From Epiperipatus broadwayi (lineage: Eukaryota > Animalia > Onychophora), in the NCBI GenBank assembly GCA_028023455.1, contig JAQFVV010000010.1:6882001-6946000 (forward strand): a DNA stretch of 64,000 nt. The letters run 5' to 3'. The position numbers and the translations under genes were made by a program. Below are positions 1-14,094 of the stretch, in pieces. Numbering within the stretch: position 1 is the first letter of the stretch; every line of letters starts with the position of its first letter. The notes under the pieces are model-generated. The model did no database searches and was not told the DNA's origin. It saw nothing but the letters and a program-made list of their open reading frames with translations.

Positions 1-898
1 GTTTTCAGCAAAAAAATAAAGCTTGAAGATCCATGGAGAAAAGAACTGTCAAAAATAAGTTTTTCATTTAATTTCTTAAATTTTATTGTTTAAGTTTTGA
101 TTGGTTTTATAGTTAGAAAAGGGTTTTTACTGATAGATTACAATTTAATATCAACCATTTAAACCAGGTAATTCTTTTTGAGATTCGCTAGCAATTGTTT
201 GAATTATATTTTCAATATTTAAAAGCTTTATTATATTAGATAATTTAAGATTACAAATGAAAAGCATTCTTAAAAATATTTCACCTTTTCAAATATAGAA
301 TGCAATCAAACCAATGATTTTTGTTCTTTCACAATTGTCAATAAAAATATTTAATTATTGAAAGAAAAGTTGTTTTATCTCATTTCCAAATAATGGGAAT
401 TATGCGGAATACCTTTTTCAGCCAATCACAATTTTTTGTTTTATTATAATTATGTTTATCTTGACTTGACTTCTTTAAAAATAAATATTTTCCAAATATT
501 TTAAAAAGAAATTCACAAACATATAAATAAGTTTGCAAGTTTTCTCACAAATAATCTTCTACCAACCAGTAGCATTATTAACTCATTTGTATTAGGTTCT
601 CTGCACAATACTAGCATCTTCAGATTTTTTTTAAAACTAATGAATCAATATTTTAGTTCCAGTTTCTGCCATCAAATAAACACAAAACCACCAAGCAAAT
701 ACTAACAAATAGCTGCAAGATACAAGAAGAGTTAATAAAATCCTAAAATAATCAGTATGTTGGTATGAGTAAACATAAATATAATTACATATAAAACAAT
801 TGACCTTAAAATTTAAGATAAATTCAAATCAGAAAATGAAATTTTTTTTAATATTATAAATGCAAGTGTTTGTACCTATCTCTATATAAAAGAATAAG

Positions 899-1050
899 TT
901 AGCTTTATATATTTGAAAAGCAAATTAATTATTAAAAATTGAAATTGTATTTTTTATTATAAACACATAAGTATGTGCACACATATTATAATTATAGCTT
1001 TATATATTTTAAAAACAAATTAATTATTAATAATTAAAATGTATATATAT
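899..1050 (+). repeat. Short direct duplication
   Basis: agctttatatattt.aaaa.caaattaattattaa at 901 and about 996. Confidence 0.6.
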
Positions 1051-3839
1051 ATATAAACTATAATTTAAGCATGTTTTATTTTAAAATTACTAATTATGAA
1101 ATATTTAATATCTATGTATAAGTTAAAATGAGGAATGATTTACGTGCATTATTGAAAAATATTTCTTAGATCTTTAGTTTTTTTAAATATTATAATTTAC
1201 AAAATTAATTATTAAATAAATTTATTTAATACTGGATTAAGTATTTGTATCTTTATACTCTCCTGGAACTAGCATTGATCTAACAAAATTTGTTGAAAAT
1301 ATGTGGATTTTATATAATTTCCTTTAGATATTATTTAGATGGCTCTAATGAATTAAAGGTCACCATAAGATCCATATTCTTTATTTACATAATACACAAC
1401 TATTAGTTTATTTAGAGCTACTACATGCATGGAACTAAATGACTCCAACCTAATTATAATCTTAATTATTCCATCATTTAATGATTCCAGCACATTTTTA
1501 TAGTATTTAATGCAGACTTAATTAAATATTATTTGCACTTGGTTTGCTGATATTTATTAGTACAAGATACTATTACAATTACATATTTTAACTTGGTCTA
1601 TATACAATTCATATGTAAATGATGCATCAAGATGTGGCCAGATTTTTGTATATAATTATATTGACATTTATCTGTTGTTTATATTATTTCATTTACACTA
1701 TATTTTTTGTAAATTGTATTAAATGATATTATCTTTCATGAGCTAAAAATCTGGTCAGATTTATAAAGCCTATAGCATTACTGCTCTGTAAACATGAATT
1801 ATCAATTGATAATGCTATTTAATTTCCATGACATCCCAAACTAAATATGTATAACTGCATTCATTCAAGCTTTAAATCCCAACCCCTTATTTGTAAGAAC
1901 AAAGGCCAGAAACTGCCTAGGGATGAGGATTAAAATGCACTACCATCTACTTAACACTTATAAATTAAACTGTTGTGTTTGGTCTGGATTGCAGAGTCCA
2001 ACCAACAGTAATACGAAAGCTTGAAGTTCACTTAATCTGATTTATCAGTATCAAATATATTTACATAATATGCAATCAATAAATATATTTCCACATATCT
2101 GAACTTCATTAATTCCAGCAGGTAGTGTCTGAATGACGGGACTCACTTCCAACTGTATATAATAGCTTGCCTCATGAGTTTGTCCAATGACTCTTCTGGC
2201 TGTACTAGACAGCTTGTCTTAAGTCAGCTCTAGTCTTTGCAGTAATAGAAACGTTCACTATTAGTACTGGTTTCAATTGAGAGCATGTTCTGATGTTTAG
2301 GTTAGATAGACGTTCTCTCCCTTGCCTCAAAAATGCTGACTATTTAATGTCAGATTCCCAACCTGCCAGCAATTGGATTCAGAGAGCATCATTGCCTGTT
2401 TACACATTGGTTATCCACATGTTTACACATTGGTTAGCGGCAATAAATGCTCAATCCAATCAGATAAAAACAGGGTCTGGACTAGTTCACTTCTAAGGGT
2501 AAGGTAAGATATAACACAAACATACAATATATAGTACTAGAGTACAGAGAGAAAGAAAATTCTCTTCTTAATGCAGTAAACTTTAAAAGTCAAAGGATGT
2601 GTCAGTACTAGCATATAGTGTTCCTAATTTAAATTCAACAATTAGCGGTCTACTTATTATACTTCATTTAGATAGCCTTCAAATTAATTTCTATAAATAA
2701 AAGTATTAAAATCCCCAACAATTCTAAAACTGCTCCAGCCTTTTCATAATCATTCATTCTTTTCTCAAGATTACAATCTAAAATTTGTTACATAATAATG
2801 TTTGTAATAGTTTAGCAAAGTTGAAGACAAATTTAGCACTAAATTTTTAATTTGATTCTTGGCTGAATAAATTAAAATTAAAAAAAAAAAAAAGTTTGAT
2901 CAATTAAATAAAAATACTGTTCATAATCTGCCTATTTGAATGCTTGATTATCCTAATCTCCTGAGCAATTTTACCAAACAATTATTTTTATAATCTGGCC
3001 ATCAAATCAAAATCATAGGTTTGATCACAGTAGTTATATTTTTCTTAATATAAATATTGTGTCCAGTTTCATAATTTTAAAATTCAAAGATCCTTTTAGA
3101 AGTTGTTAGTCTGAACAACTCTAATAATGAATATGATACCAGACTTTAAGTCAAACTATCTTCATGCTTGTAAATGACCAATAAATATATTGTTCCTTTA
3201 AAAATAATTAATTCATAAATAACAAGCTTAATAGATTGTTAAATAATATTGATAAAATATACAAAATATTTCAGATGAATATAAATACAGATATGAATAA
3301 AATAATGGAAACATTTATCTTATTATCTATATTTTTGACAATGCAATATTTTTTAAAAAAAATATATATATAAAACTCCAAGAAAATGATATTGGATTAG
3401 TTAGATCATCAGTGTCCAAACTGCAGAACTGTTTAATGTTTCAAAGTTACAATACTAAAGATAATAACTGGACTCATTTAAAAATAAAAGACCAAAACCT
3501 AATTAAGTCAAATTACTGCTTGTTATGAAGGAATATTGATAATACAAAGAATTATATTATTCAGTTTATATGATTGAACTTTTATTTTAAATGTAGAACT
3601 CATAAGTATAAAAACTAGACAATAAATGCTTGAATAAAGCACTATCACCTAATGTCCACTGAATTTAGTTAAGATTACAAAAAAAGACTGCAGTAGAATA
3701 AGTAAAATGAATTACTGCTGCTAATATAGAGTTGAATAATAAATAAGAATAATCATGTAATGCTTTGTTGGATATAATTATCAATTTTGATAATTTTCCC
3801 ACAACATCATAATATCATAAAAACTCTTCAAAGTTTTAA

Positions 3840-4310
3840 CGTAGCTCTGGTTTATGGTGCGGGCTGTTGACAATTTTGCTACTGCCCAGAATACCTGCTG
3901 GGAGGTTACATGGTCAAAGTCTCAGTGCTATTCCTGCTCTGGTTGGCTACTGTGTCCCGTGATAGGCTGGTTTTGGGCAGTGTCGATTTGGCTCATTACT
4001 TATTACTTCTTAGTTTTTACCCGAGTCGGCTTTCCAATTTTGGGCAGGTAGACTGATTGTGGTCCCTGCTCATATGGACTGCTAATTGGGAGGCAGAGGT
4101 ATTCAGAATGGTCTTGACATGGCTCGGCTGTGGTTCGAGAGTTTATTGCTTGGTGAACTTGGACCTTGGACCTCGCTGCCTGTTGTGGTGGTAATACTGG
4201 ACTTCACCTATTCAGCTGAAGCATTTGAGTCTTCGCTTCGGGGCCGCAGGGGTAGGACCATTGGGTGATGGTTAACTTCTCGACAGCCGGACCGTGTGGA
4301 TCCACGTACA
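3840..4310. other. GC-rich island, probably a decayed retroelement ORF fragment
   Basis: Abrupt rise to roughly 50% GC. The minus strand gives a S/P/T-rich reading broken by many stops; no diagnostic motif. Confidence 0.3.
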
Positions 4311-5157
4311 CATTAATCACATTACAGCAATTTTTATGGATGTAATTGTTTTTGAACATATGTACATTTTACCTTGTTACATTGAATCACTGTGTAATCC
4401 TCAATGGGTAAGTGTACCCGAAAATTTTTGTAATCTTTTATTAATAAAGATTACTTTGAGAAAAAAAAGTTTTAATGTAGCTGTACTATTGAAGTACTAA
4501 AATAAGTTATGTTAAGTGGGTAGTAAGTAATGGCAAACTGCTGCCTGTGAATAGCAAGTGGTATTGCTTCACCATAATATTCTATTGTCAATTAATTTAA
4601 CAGTTTTGGGGCAAAAAAAGATACAGTACATATTTGTAAATATCATTCACGATCTGTAAAAATTTATGAAGGAAACATTGAAGTAAAAAAAAACTTTGCC
4701 ATTTTTGAATTTAATATTACATAAGATTTTTTTTCTTGTTTTAAAATAGACCTTATGGTAAATCTGAATAGAGTATGAAATATTTCAAGTAATTCAGAAT
4801 TTGTGAATATTCAGATAACCAATTTGTATTTCTTTATCCAATATTAATTAAAAAGTGGGTATTGAACTTTTTTAAGCTTAAATTGAAACAGTCAACAATA
4901 ATCTGGGTTGAACAGATGAATGTCACTAAGCTGACCATAACACAAAAACATGGTGAAAAGGGGGTAAATCCATAATTAATCTAATTTTCTTTTTGGCAAC
5001 AATACATTAAGAACTATTTCTGGAAATAGATGAAAAATTAATTTCTATTTTAGTTAAAGAATATGAAGTATTATCAGCATTAATACTTTTTATTGTTATT
5101 TTTTTTCATTAATTTATAATAGAAAATTTTATTTGATTTAGTTAAAGAATATATATA

Positions 5158-5600
5158 TAACAATAAAAATAATAAACATAACAGTAATTAATTATTATAT
5201 ACAATCTTTCAATCTGGAAAAGTACTTTCAGTTAATTCTTTAATCACTCAACTGCTGTCAAATTTAAAAAACATAACAGAAGCCAAATGTCATCAACACA
5301 AATTCCAAGAATCCCAAATTTTAGCATTAGCAGCTTTTCTATTAATTATATTCATTTTATCTCTATTTATTAAAATTAATAGACAAGCTGCTAATGTTAA
5401 AATTTGGGATTCTTGGAATTTGAGTCGATGAATTTGCTTCGGTTATATTTTTTGAATTTAACGGCAGTTGAGGAGAGTTAAGAAATCAACTGAAAGTACT
5501 TCTGTGGATTGAAAAACTGTATATAATAGTTAATTACCATTATATTTATTATTTTTATTGTTATTACAATAGTTTTAAATTAATGGACATTTTATTTGTA
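5158..5600. repeat. Family C fold-back (190-bp arms, 26-nt loop) with hammerhead-like motif and tail
   Basis: Arms 5158-5347 and 5374-5563. The right arm carries ggcag-TTGAGGA-g-agtt..aact-GAAA-gtactt-ctgt at 5463-5505. A third copy lies at 11385-11615. Confidence 0.85.
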
Positions 5601-6202
5601 TTTTATATATATATTAGATATATAAGTGTGTGTGCATGTAAATAATTGCAAGACCAAAATTATTTTCAGAAATATATATTCACATGCATTTTATAATAAA
5701 ATTGCTAAAACTGTAAAAGATAATGTGGTCTCCTGAATGATTTCTTTTATATTAATCTAATAATATCTAAATATATGAAATTACACTGGAAGTTTTATGT
5801 CATCAAATATTTTAAGTCTTCACAGTCAGCTATATAAAAAGAATATTTTTGATTAAAAGTGAATAAATATATTCTGAAGGTAGACTACAATGGAGAGTTT
5901 CATCAATTAGACAAACCATTAAAATATTTAAAAAATATTTGCTGCAGAAGAAGTTAAGAAGAGAGTATAGCAAGTTATCAAATACATGTACTAAAGACAG
6001 CATTATGGTTCATGAATTGATTTATGTAATCGTCAAAAAAGTCATTTTAACTTTTTAATTCTGGACTTAGAATGACCATACTCGCTTACAAGGGGCTGTG
6101 GGTAATAATAATGATTGCAAAATTAAAGGTATTTAATTCAGAGAGAATTAAGAAAAACACTAGAAAATGTATAAAAAAATGGTACTTAAGTATTAATCTG
6201 GA

Positions 6203-6746
6203 CACGAAGATTGATTACAGACAAAAAATTTCTGAGAAATATTAATTAAAAATTCCTGATTAAAAAAAAACAACAACCAATTATATCTTTAATTATATAA
6301 ATTCTAATTATAGATACATACTTAACTGATTTTATTTTAACTTACATTTTTTATAAATGTACATATACTCATCACTTTTACAAATATTCATTTAAAAAAA
6401 GAAGAAGACAAACTGCCCTCAATCCTTTCTATTAATATTGTGTAGACATGTTTGTGAATATCTTGCTACTTTGTCAATCAGCAAGAAATTAACGAACATG
6501 CATGCACAATATTAATGAAAAGAATTGAGAGCAGTTTGTCTTCTCTTTTTTTTTTTAAATCCAAAATTTCTAAAAGTGATGTGTATGTACATTTATAAAA
6601 AATATAAGTTAAAATAAAATCAGTTAAGTACCTAATTTTATTTATGATTAGAATTTATCCAATTAAAGATGTAATTAATTATTTTTTAATCAGGAATTTT
6701 TAATTTACTTCTCTCAGGAATTTTTTATCTGTAATCAATCTTGGTG
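6203..6746. repeat. Large imperfect inverted repeat (about 260-bp arms, 12-nt loop)
   Basis: cacgaagattgattacag ... cttgct[actttgtcaatc]agcaag ... ctgtaatcaatcttggtg; complementarity can be followed along both arms by eye. Confidence 0.9.
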
Positions 6747-6801
6747 AAAAAAGTAATAACTTTTTTTGGGGGAAAAAAAACAACAAAAAACTAAAACTTG
6801 C

Positions 6802-6949
6802 CTCTAGAACAGAATATTCTTTGTTGCAAGGAGGCTTTGTTTTAAGAGGTTTCCATGACCAGCAGGGTAATTTCTCTTTATTAACAACAGCGACCTCTAC
6901 AACGTTCGTATTGATATTAGCACCAGAGTGGACTAAGGTGACAGCAGAA
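6802..6949 (-). CDS. Ankyrin-repeat protein exon (last one identified; GC donor)
   Basis: Acceptor tattatttcag|, donor GAG|gcaagt (GC-AG type). 148 nt, phase 2-0: SAVTLVHSGANINTNVVEVAVVNKEKLPCWSWKPLKTKPPCNKEYSVLE. The next exon was not found in 1-6801. Confidence 0.85.
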
Positions 6950-7682
6950 CTGAAATAATAATAATAATAAATGTAAAATTCTAAAATGTATACTTATTTT
7001 AAATTTAATTTTGATATTTTTCTAAAAACAAAAAATTCTTATAACTAAACATATTTGTTTTAAAAAAAAGAAAAAAATATATTTAATGAACTTTCTTTTT
7101 TATTTTATTAATAGCAATAAAATATTATTATCAACCTTTTTTTTTTTGTTAAACCTTGTGTAAAAATAATAATCATAACATGTGCAGATTTGAATATAAA
7201 ATTATTTAAATAACCAATACAAGAATAATAAAAATGGCATAAGTTTTCAGGAACAGTTCTTTTTTCTACACAGCGTACTCCAAAACCAATTATTATAAAT
7301 GCTTAAATAATCAATGAACTCTAAATATAGTATTACATCACTATAATAGTTTCAGATTTGTAACTTAGGTCAGCAAAAAGTTTGAACCTAAAGTACCCTT
7401 ATATCCGGTAGCCACATTTAATTCCTTTATACAATCAAATCAATAATCTGAACTTTAAAAATATCCTAATTTTTGATGACAAAGCAATTTGCTTGGCAAT
7501 ACTAGGCCGATAACTATATACATTATTGTTTTGTGGGTATACCAGGTAAAAAGTTTTTTCTACTACTTTCTTTGGCTTATTCTGGAAAATCTATTTCAAA
7601 AAATGACAGAAAATATAAAAATTAAAATTTAAGAAATAATAATTCCAATTCTTGCTTTCATATATAAAAATTATTTTATAAT

Positions 7683-9878
7683 TGTAACGAGCACAGACGT
7701 TCGTTACATTGTTTTTTTTTTTATATTTATTAAACATCAACGTAAATTTAAAAGTTCGCGTTTAAAAATTTTCTTTAAGAATTAAAAATTGAAATTAAAT
7801 ATCATCTTAAACTCGTATATATTAAATCGCACAGATAATGAAAAATTATTAAAATAAAACTTTATTAAAGAAAAAGTATTTTAAAACTAAATTTTAAAAA
7901 GATTTGGAGATAAAATTATATCTTTAAATTTATCTTTAAATATATCTTTGATTTGGAAAACAGGTTAATTAATCAGAAATGGAAATGATTGTTAATTAGT
8001 CAAATGTAAACCAGCCTTGGGCATTTAAATGTAAAAACAGCGGTCAGATAGGAAAACAATAGAAACAAATAGCCAATAAAAGAAATCCATCGGGAAATCG
8101 GACCTCAGCGAAAGGATCATCACATCGATGACATAATGCCAAGTCAATCCTTCGAATACGTATAAAAGGAAAATTTGGAAATTATTAATGAGTGAGTTGT
8201 TATGATTATTACGATGTGACAGATAGATGTTAGTGCGGAGGTGCGGGAGAAGAGATTGAAGGACGCACGTTCAATCCCTTCAGTTGTTATAAAATGGAAA
8301 AATGAAACATCGCTTTTCTTATATTCAGAGGACCACAGGATCATTGGGAAATTTAACGCTGGATTTCAAACAGCAAGCAATTGTAAAAGATGAACATTTC
8401 TAAAACCGTAAGAACTTTCTAAGATAGATATAACGAACAATATTAATTTGAAAACACTAAGAACTTTAAATTTTAAACTTTCCTAGTATTTAATTGTTAC
8501 AAATAGAATCCTATCTGACCAAACTAAATTCTTTATTAATAGTGTTATTTGATGTATTTTTTTCCTTATTTATGTAAAATCATTTCCATTTATTTAATTT
8601 TGTTCTTTAAGTTTATTTATGATTTCTGTTTTCCGATAAATTAAAATATATCAATGTTAAACTTAAGTCGGGCGTGAATGGCTGTATAGATTTGTAAAGT
8701 TATATTAGGGGAGGGTAATCTTAGGTTATTTGTTTCGTGGTTAAATTGGGTCAATGGATTGAATATATTGGTGTGATTAGTAGATGTAATATTGATTCGC
8801 TACGGGCAGAATCGCTTCATACGCCGCACACTTCCGTTTGCCTATGGAAGGAATTATAAGTCGGATACCGCAGTTCCTTTCTATGGAGTTTTTTGTTTTA
8901 TTGCTCTTCTTCGCAGATAGATGTAATATTCCTATCTCATGAGAAGCAATTTCTTCTCTTAACTTTTTGTGCTGCCGTATTTTATTACATTGAATACATC
9001 GATATATCAGATGAATTGATGCCGGTTTGACTACGAATTTTAACCTAAGGTTAAATAGGGATAGAATGTTTATTTTCAAAAGCAAATCTATGTGGTCTAT
9101 TCATACTTGACCCTAAATAAAAATGCATTAAATTTAAGTTGTTTATAGACGCTTGCATGGATTGGTTATCGGTTAAGTATGTTTTGGGTTTTCATATTTG
9201 ATCAAAATATATAGACATTCGATAAATAATGATACCTTACGGTGAGTATCTAAAATGTATTTATTCGGATGTCTTTTAAGTTATTGGTGACAATGCAAGT
9301 ATCTTATGGTGAATACTATTGGGTTACGTATAAATTTCCCTCCGCAATTGTCAGTAATCAATAATTTTGTATTTTGATCGTTTATGTTTACTTTGAAATG
9401 TTTTTGACCGTGAAATCTATGTAACCGATCTATATTCAACATTATAAACAAGCTTTCATAAATTTATCTATGCGAACTTAATTAAAATGTAAAATTAGAA
9501 TATAATAGTAATTAAATGTAAATTAAAGTCAAAAATCAAAGTTAAAAATAATGTTAAATGTTAAAATGTAAACTAATACTAAAATAATTTTAAATCTTAT
9601 ATATATGTGCATAAATAAATGTTTGTATGCTAATTACTGGCAGTGGCTTATTTTATTCTTTTTTTTTTATATATACTCTTAGATTATCTTATTAAATCTC
9701 TGCTATTCCACTGAGCTAGCGACATGGGCTAACGACCGGAATCAAAATTTAAAAAAAAAAAAAAATTTTTTTTTTTGACTTACGTATCTGCCTACTTTAT
9801 AAATTTTTCTAGGTTCAAATGCCTAGATGGCGCCCTGTAGTGCAGTTTACGTTAAGTCGCTTTCTCCGGATCGTTACA
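7683..9878. mobile_element. 2.2-kb TG...CA element with 5-bp TSD (solo LTR-like, or non-autonomous integrase-type element)
   Basis: Termini TGTAACGA...TCGTTACA; TSD ataat at 7678-7682 and 9879-9883; much richer in CpG than the flanks; no recognisable ORF. Confidence 0.8.
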
Positions 9879-11384
9879 ATAATATTGCCCAAATTTAAGC
9901 CTATAAATATTTCACTTTCTATCCTTGGAGTAAGTCGCTCTTATGTCATACTTGAACATAAATGATTATTTATTAATTTTTGATGATCTTCTAACAATTG
10001 TTAATAATAATACTAGAAAAATATATATTATTTTAAAATTTGGAAACAATACAAAAAACGAATAATTTCACTAATTTCTAACACCGTTTTCTAAGAAAAT
10101 TCAAATAACTTCCTTCACATTCAATAATTGAGAGAAACTAATACATATTGTGTTACACAGTCTTAGTTTTTAGATACTAGAAAGTTTAATGATGATTAAA
10201 AAACTATTATTTTATTGACAATATATATTACAACTATTAATACTTACTAAATAATCAACTTATTTGAATAAGCTGTTAAGATAAAATTAAAAGATAAAAT
10301 AATTTTCTTATCCTTATGTTCTTATACATCTATCACCTGGATGCCTTGCATACGTTGCATCCCAGCAAAAAATGCCCTGATTATATATACATATTTTAAG
10401 ATGTTTTTGAATGACTATTAATCTAATATAAATAATTAAAGATAAGCTACTGCATGTATACATGCATTAGGATGAAATTTCTAAGATTATAAGTCATATA
10501 TTACTCTAGAGATATAAATTTAACAGAACAATTATCTATCTCATGAGCTTACATTAGATCGTTCTGGAAAAAAATACAAATAACGGCTCCTGAAAATATA
10601 TATTAAATATATACAGACACTCCAATGACGTTTTGTTGGTATATAACACCTTAGCCAAAGGTGTCTACAGCAAACATAAAATTAAGATCATTAAAATATG
10701 CAATTGTTGATCTAGTAGTTATACCTATACAACTATATAAGTAAATGGCTTGAATTAAAAATCTTAAGATATTTTTAAATTCCAGAATACTTGTTTGATA
10801 ATAAGTAAGTTAAAGATGGATGTTGGATGCATAAATGCATTTGATTTAAACTTCTCAATAATAAAAGCCATATGCCAAAAACTAATCCAAGGATTTAAGA
10901 ATACTGTAATAGCAGTATCATCTAGTATATATTTATTTATTCAAGCATACAATAGAACTCTCTGAAATAAAATAAAAAAAAAACACCTATTTCTAAAGCA
11001 TATTATAGGTGAGTAGATAAACTTATGAAATGTTTTAGTGTTAACTAAAATTTTTAGTTTATAATCTATCCTTTATATTGTATTTTACTTACAAATAATA
11101 AAATAAGGTCATTGTTTTAAAAAAAAAACAACCTATGAATGGTTAAAAATTTCAGGACAACATGATAGAATTATTAAGGCAATATAAGATACAGTGAAGA
11201 CTTCCTTCAAATTCAAGACTTTATTCAGGCTTATACATGTAGCGGTTTGTAAAAGAAAATAAAACCAAACAGGAAACCTGTAAAAATACATATCAATAAT
11301 TGATTAATCTAGTGAGTATTGGTTTCTCTTTCACCATAGTGGACTATTTAAGGCTGTTATATATATATAAATTTTTATAAATAG

Positions 11385-11615
11385 GAATAAAATGCATTTA
11401 ATAAATAGACAAGTTGCTAACATTAAAATACGAGATTCGTGGGATTTGAATTGATGACGTTTGCTTCCGCTTTGTTGTTTTTTTTTTTGTTTTTTTAATT
11501 TAATGGCAATTGAGGCAGGTTTAAGAAATTAACCGAAAGTATTATTGTTTGTAAACAGTTAAATTTATTATTTCAATTATAATTACAATTTTGTTTTAAT
11601 TAATGGACATTTTAT
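11385..11615 (+). repeat. Family C solo copy
   Basis: Colinear with 5374-5590 including the tail taattaatggacattttattt; retains more CpG dinucleotides. Confidence 0.8.
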
Positions 11616-13445
11616 TTATATTATATTATATATATATATATTGCTTGACTGAGATAATAATTAAAGCAGATCTAGTTATAAAGATTAATAAAAATGCATA
11701 AAAATCTCCCAAATAGTTAAACATTTATGTACTAGAAAAATGAAATTTCTCTGTTTTAAAAAGATTTTAATTTTGTTGTTGCTTTCAAACACTTTTTTAT
11801 TAGAAGAAATTATGTGCACCATAGATTATCTATTCAGAAACTTAGATGATCCAATTGCTAATATCATTAGATTTAAGTTTTATGACATTTTAAAAAATGT
11901 GAAATCATTGGAAAATGAACTGCTTGATCTTCATCATCTAAAACAAACAAGAATCTATCATCATTACTCCAGCAGATGAAGAAATTTCTACTGTTTTACT
12001 TTAACTGCTCAGATTATGACAAAAAATTTTTTAAATGTATTAAATAATAATAATAAAACCGTATGCAAAAACATTGATAGGAATTTCCTAATATATCTGA
12101 AGAAGACAAACTCCATAATCAAATGCTCCAGTTTGAATGATAATATAAAAATAGAATTAACCATAGTTATATCTGAAACTTTGTGAATTTCCAAAAATAC
12201 ATATTTTTGATATATCTTTGAAACCTAGAGTTTATGTTTTTGTTTCACACACATATGCTTTAACTAGATTTCTGAGTGATTGCTTAGATTCTTTAATAGA
12301 TAATATATCTATTTAAAATTAAAAACTCAAAATAATTTGTTTCTGTCATTAAAAATTTAAAACTTATCAGTCATGATTTATAGATCAATTTGGTTTTCAT
12401 ATCTTTATATACCAATGTAAACAAGTTTTGTTATTTCACATCAAAAATATTTTCCTGATTTCATTTTATCTCTAGAAAAAGATTTGAAAAAATATTTTAT
12501 ATTTATGGTTTTCAAATATATAAGTCAGAAAACATTTCTATGGATTTCCTCAAGATTTCCTGCAATTACTGATTATCTTTTCATGAATTTTAATAAAAAC
12601 AAACAATTAGAGATAGCCAATCACATTTGATTTTTATAAATACTACACAATCAAACTGATATGTTATCTTTCTCATCCATCTCATTGAAATACTTTCTGT
12701 GGCAAAAAAACTTTCATCAGGATCACACAATTATTTTAAAAAAGAAATCTGTAGTTAAAGACATTTAGTTTGCAAACAATTACAGCACAAAAGTTACTAA
12801 TAAATCTTTTTATTTCTATAAAACTGATAAGATTAATGAACATTTTTAAATACAGTATAATATCAGGACATACTTTCTTCACGGGCAAGAAACCGTATAT
12901 TTTTTCCTAAAAACTACATACCAGGTGCTCCTCAACTATCAAAAATTTTATAAGTTATGTGTCATTTGCCACAAAAGTCACATGAATAAATCAAATAAAT
13001 GCATTAATGTAAGAACCTAGGAAGTTAAAAATCAACTACATCTGCCTTTATTTCATACTTTTAAATGCCCTAATTTTTACAGTATTAAAATAAAATAAAA
13101 AATTAGAAAAGTATAATTTTTCATTATAATAGTCTGTGGAAGTTTTAAAAAAACTAACTAGAGAGAAATGAAGAATCACAACACATTATTCCTTATGTAG
13201 TCTCCTTTTTCACTCACTAGCAATAATTGTATTTAATGTCTACTACAAAACATCATGATATTTGCCTACATATTACTTTTAAGTAGTAAATTTATTCTAT
13301 TTCAGTCTTCCATCTTCTAGTGCTGTTCTTTCCATATCCCCAGATAAATCAATGAGAACTTTTGAATCTGAATCTAGTGTATCTGGATTTTTTTGGACTA
13401 ATGCACTTTCCTCACCATCATTTATTCCTATTTTTACTATCAAGT

Positions 13446-14035
13446 TGCTGTGTACAGTCATTCACTCGGCTTAACAATCAGGTAAATAGACAGCAGAAAC
13501 CAATGATTAGACAAATAGTTTAATAGAATTATCAGTCGGAATAATAATATTACACATATAGTTATAAGACAATTAAGTTTAACTTACGAACACTAGCCAT
13601 GAAGGCATACGAAAAACATAATATAGACCGGTGTGGCCTGCAAAGTTCCTAGGTCTACCTTTTAACCTTCAGTGGTGGAATTCACTGGGTTTGTTCCGTT
13701 GCTAAGTTAAAACACTTGACCTTCGTGTGCATTCAATGAGTTCCCCGCTACAAGTGCTGCTTAGTTATTTTTTGTTCCTTCCTTTTTTCTTGTTAAGGAA
13801 TGTTTCAGAAACCAATTAATTCTCAGCTATTGTCTACTTTTAGTAATCAGCACTTATAATCTAGCTGCTTAATTAGTTTCTGATCTGAAGCGCTTATCTT
13901 TAATAGCGTACCAAATTTAATTACAAAATTCCTGTCTGTTTCATTTAAAAAAACTTATTTTAATAAAACATTAATTACTATATACGTATAACTTATTTTA
14001 ACAAAACTTATTAATTATTATACACGTATATAGCA
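13446..14035. mobile_element. Solo LTR (about 590 bp)
   Basis: Starts tgctgtgta, ends tatatagca; TSD caagt on both sides; internally similar to 22327-22870. Confidence 0.72.
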
Positions 14036-14094
14036 CAAGTTATCAGCTTGAAATGTTATTTACTTAGCTTAGAATTAATCAGACGGTTTACAGG

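Noticed and set aside
1-45. Possible minus-strand exon after the acceptor-like ttatttttgacag
   Set aside because: The required phase-0 reading (FFSPWIFKLYFFAEN) does not look like a continuation of the protein, and it is truncated by the window edge.
9690-9725. tRNA-like box A (gtcgctagctcagtggaatagca, minus strand) in the 2.2-kb element
   Set aside because: No box B or T-arm follows; too short to support.
10330-10680. Minus-strand micro-exon candidates (AFFAGMQRMQGIQ; TPLAKVLY)
   Set aside because: The exon chain 18088 to 6949 is already phase-complete and ankyrin-colinear without them; splice signals are weak.
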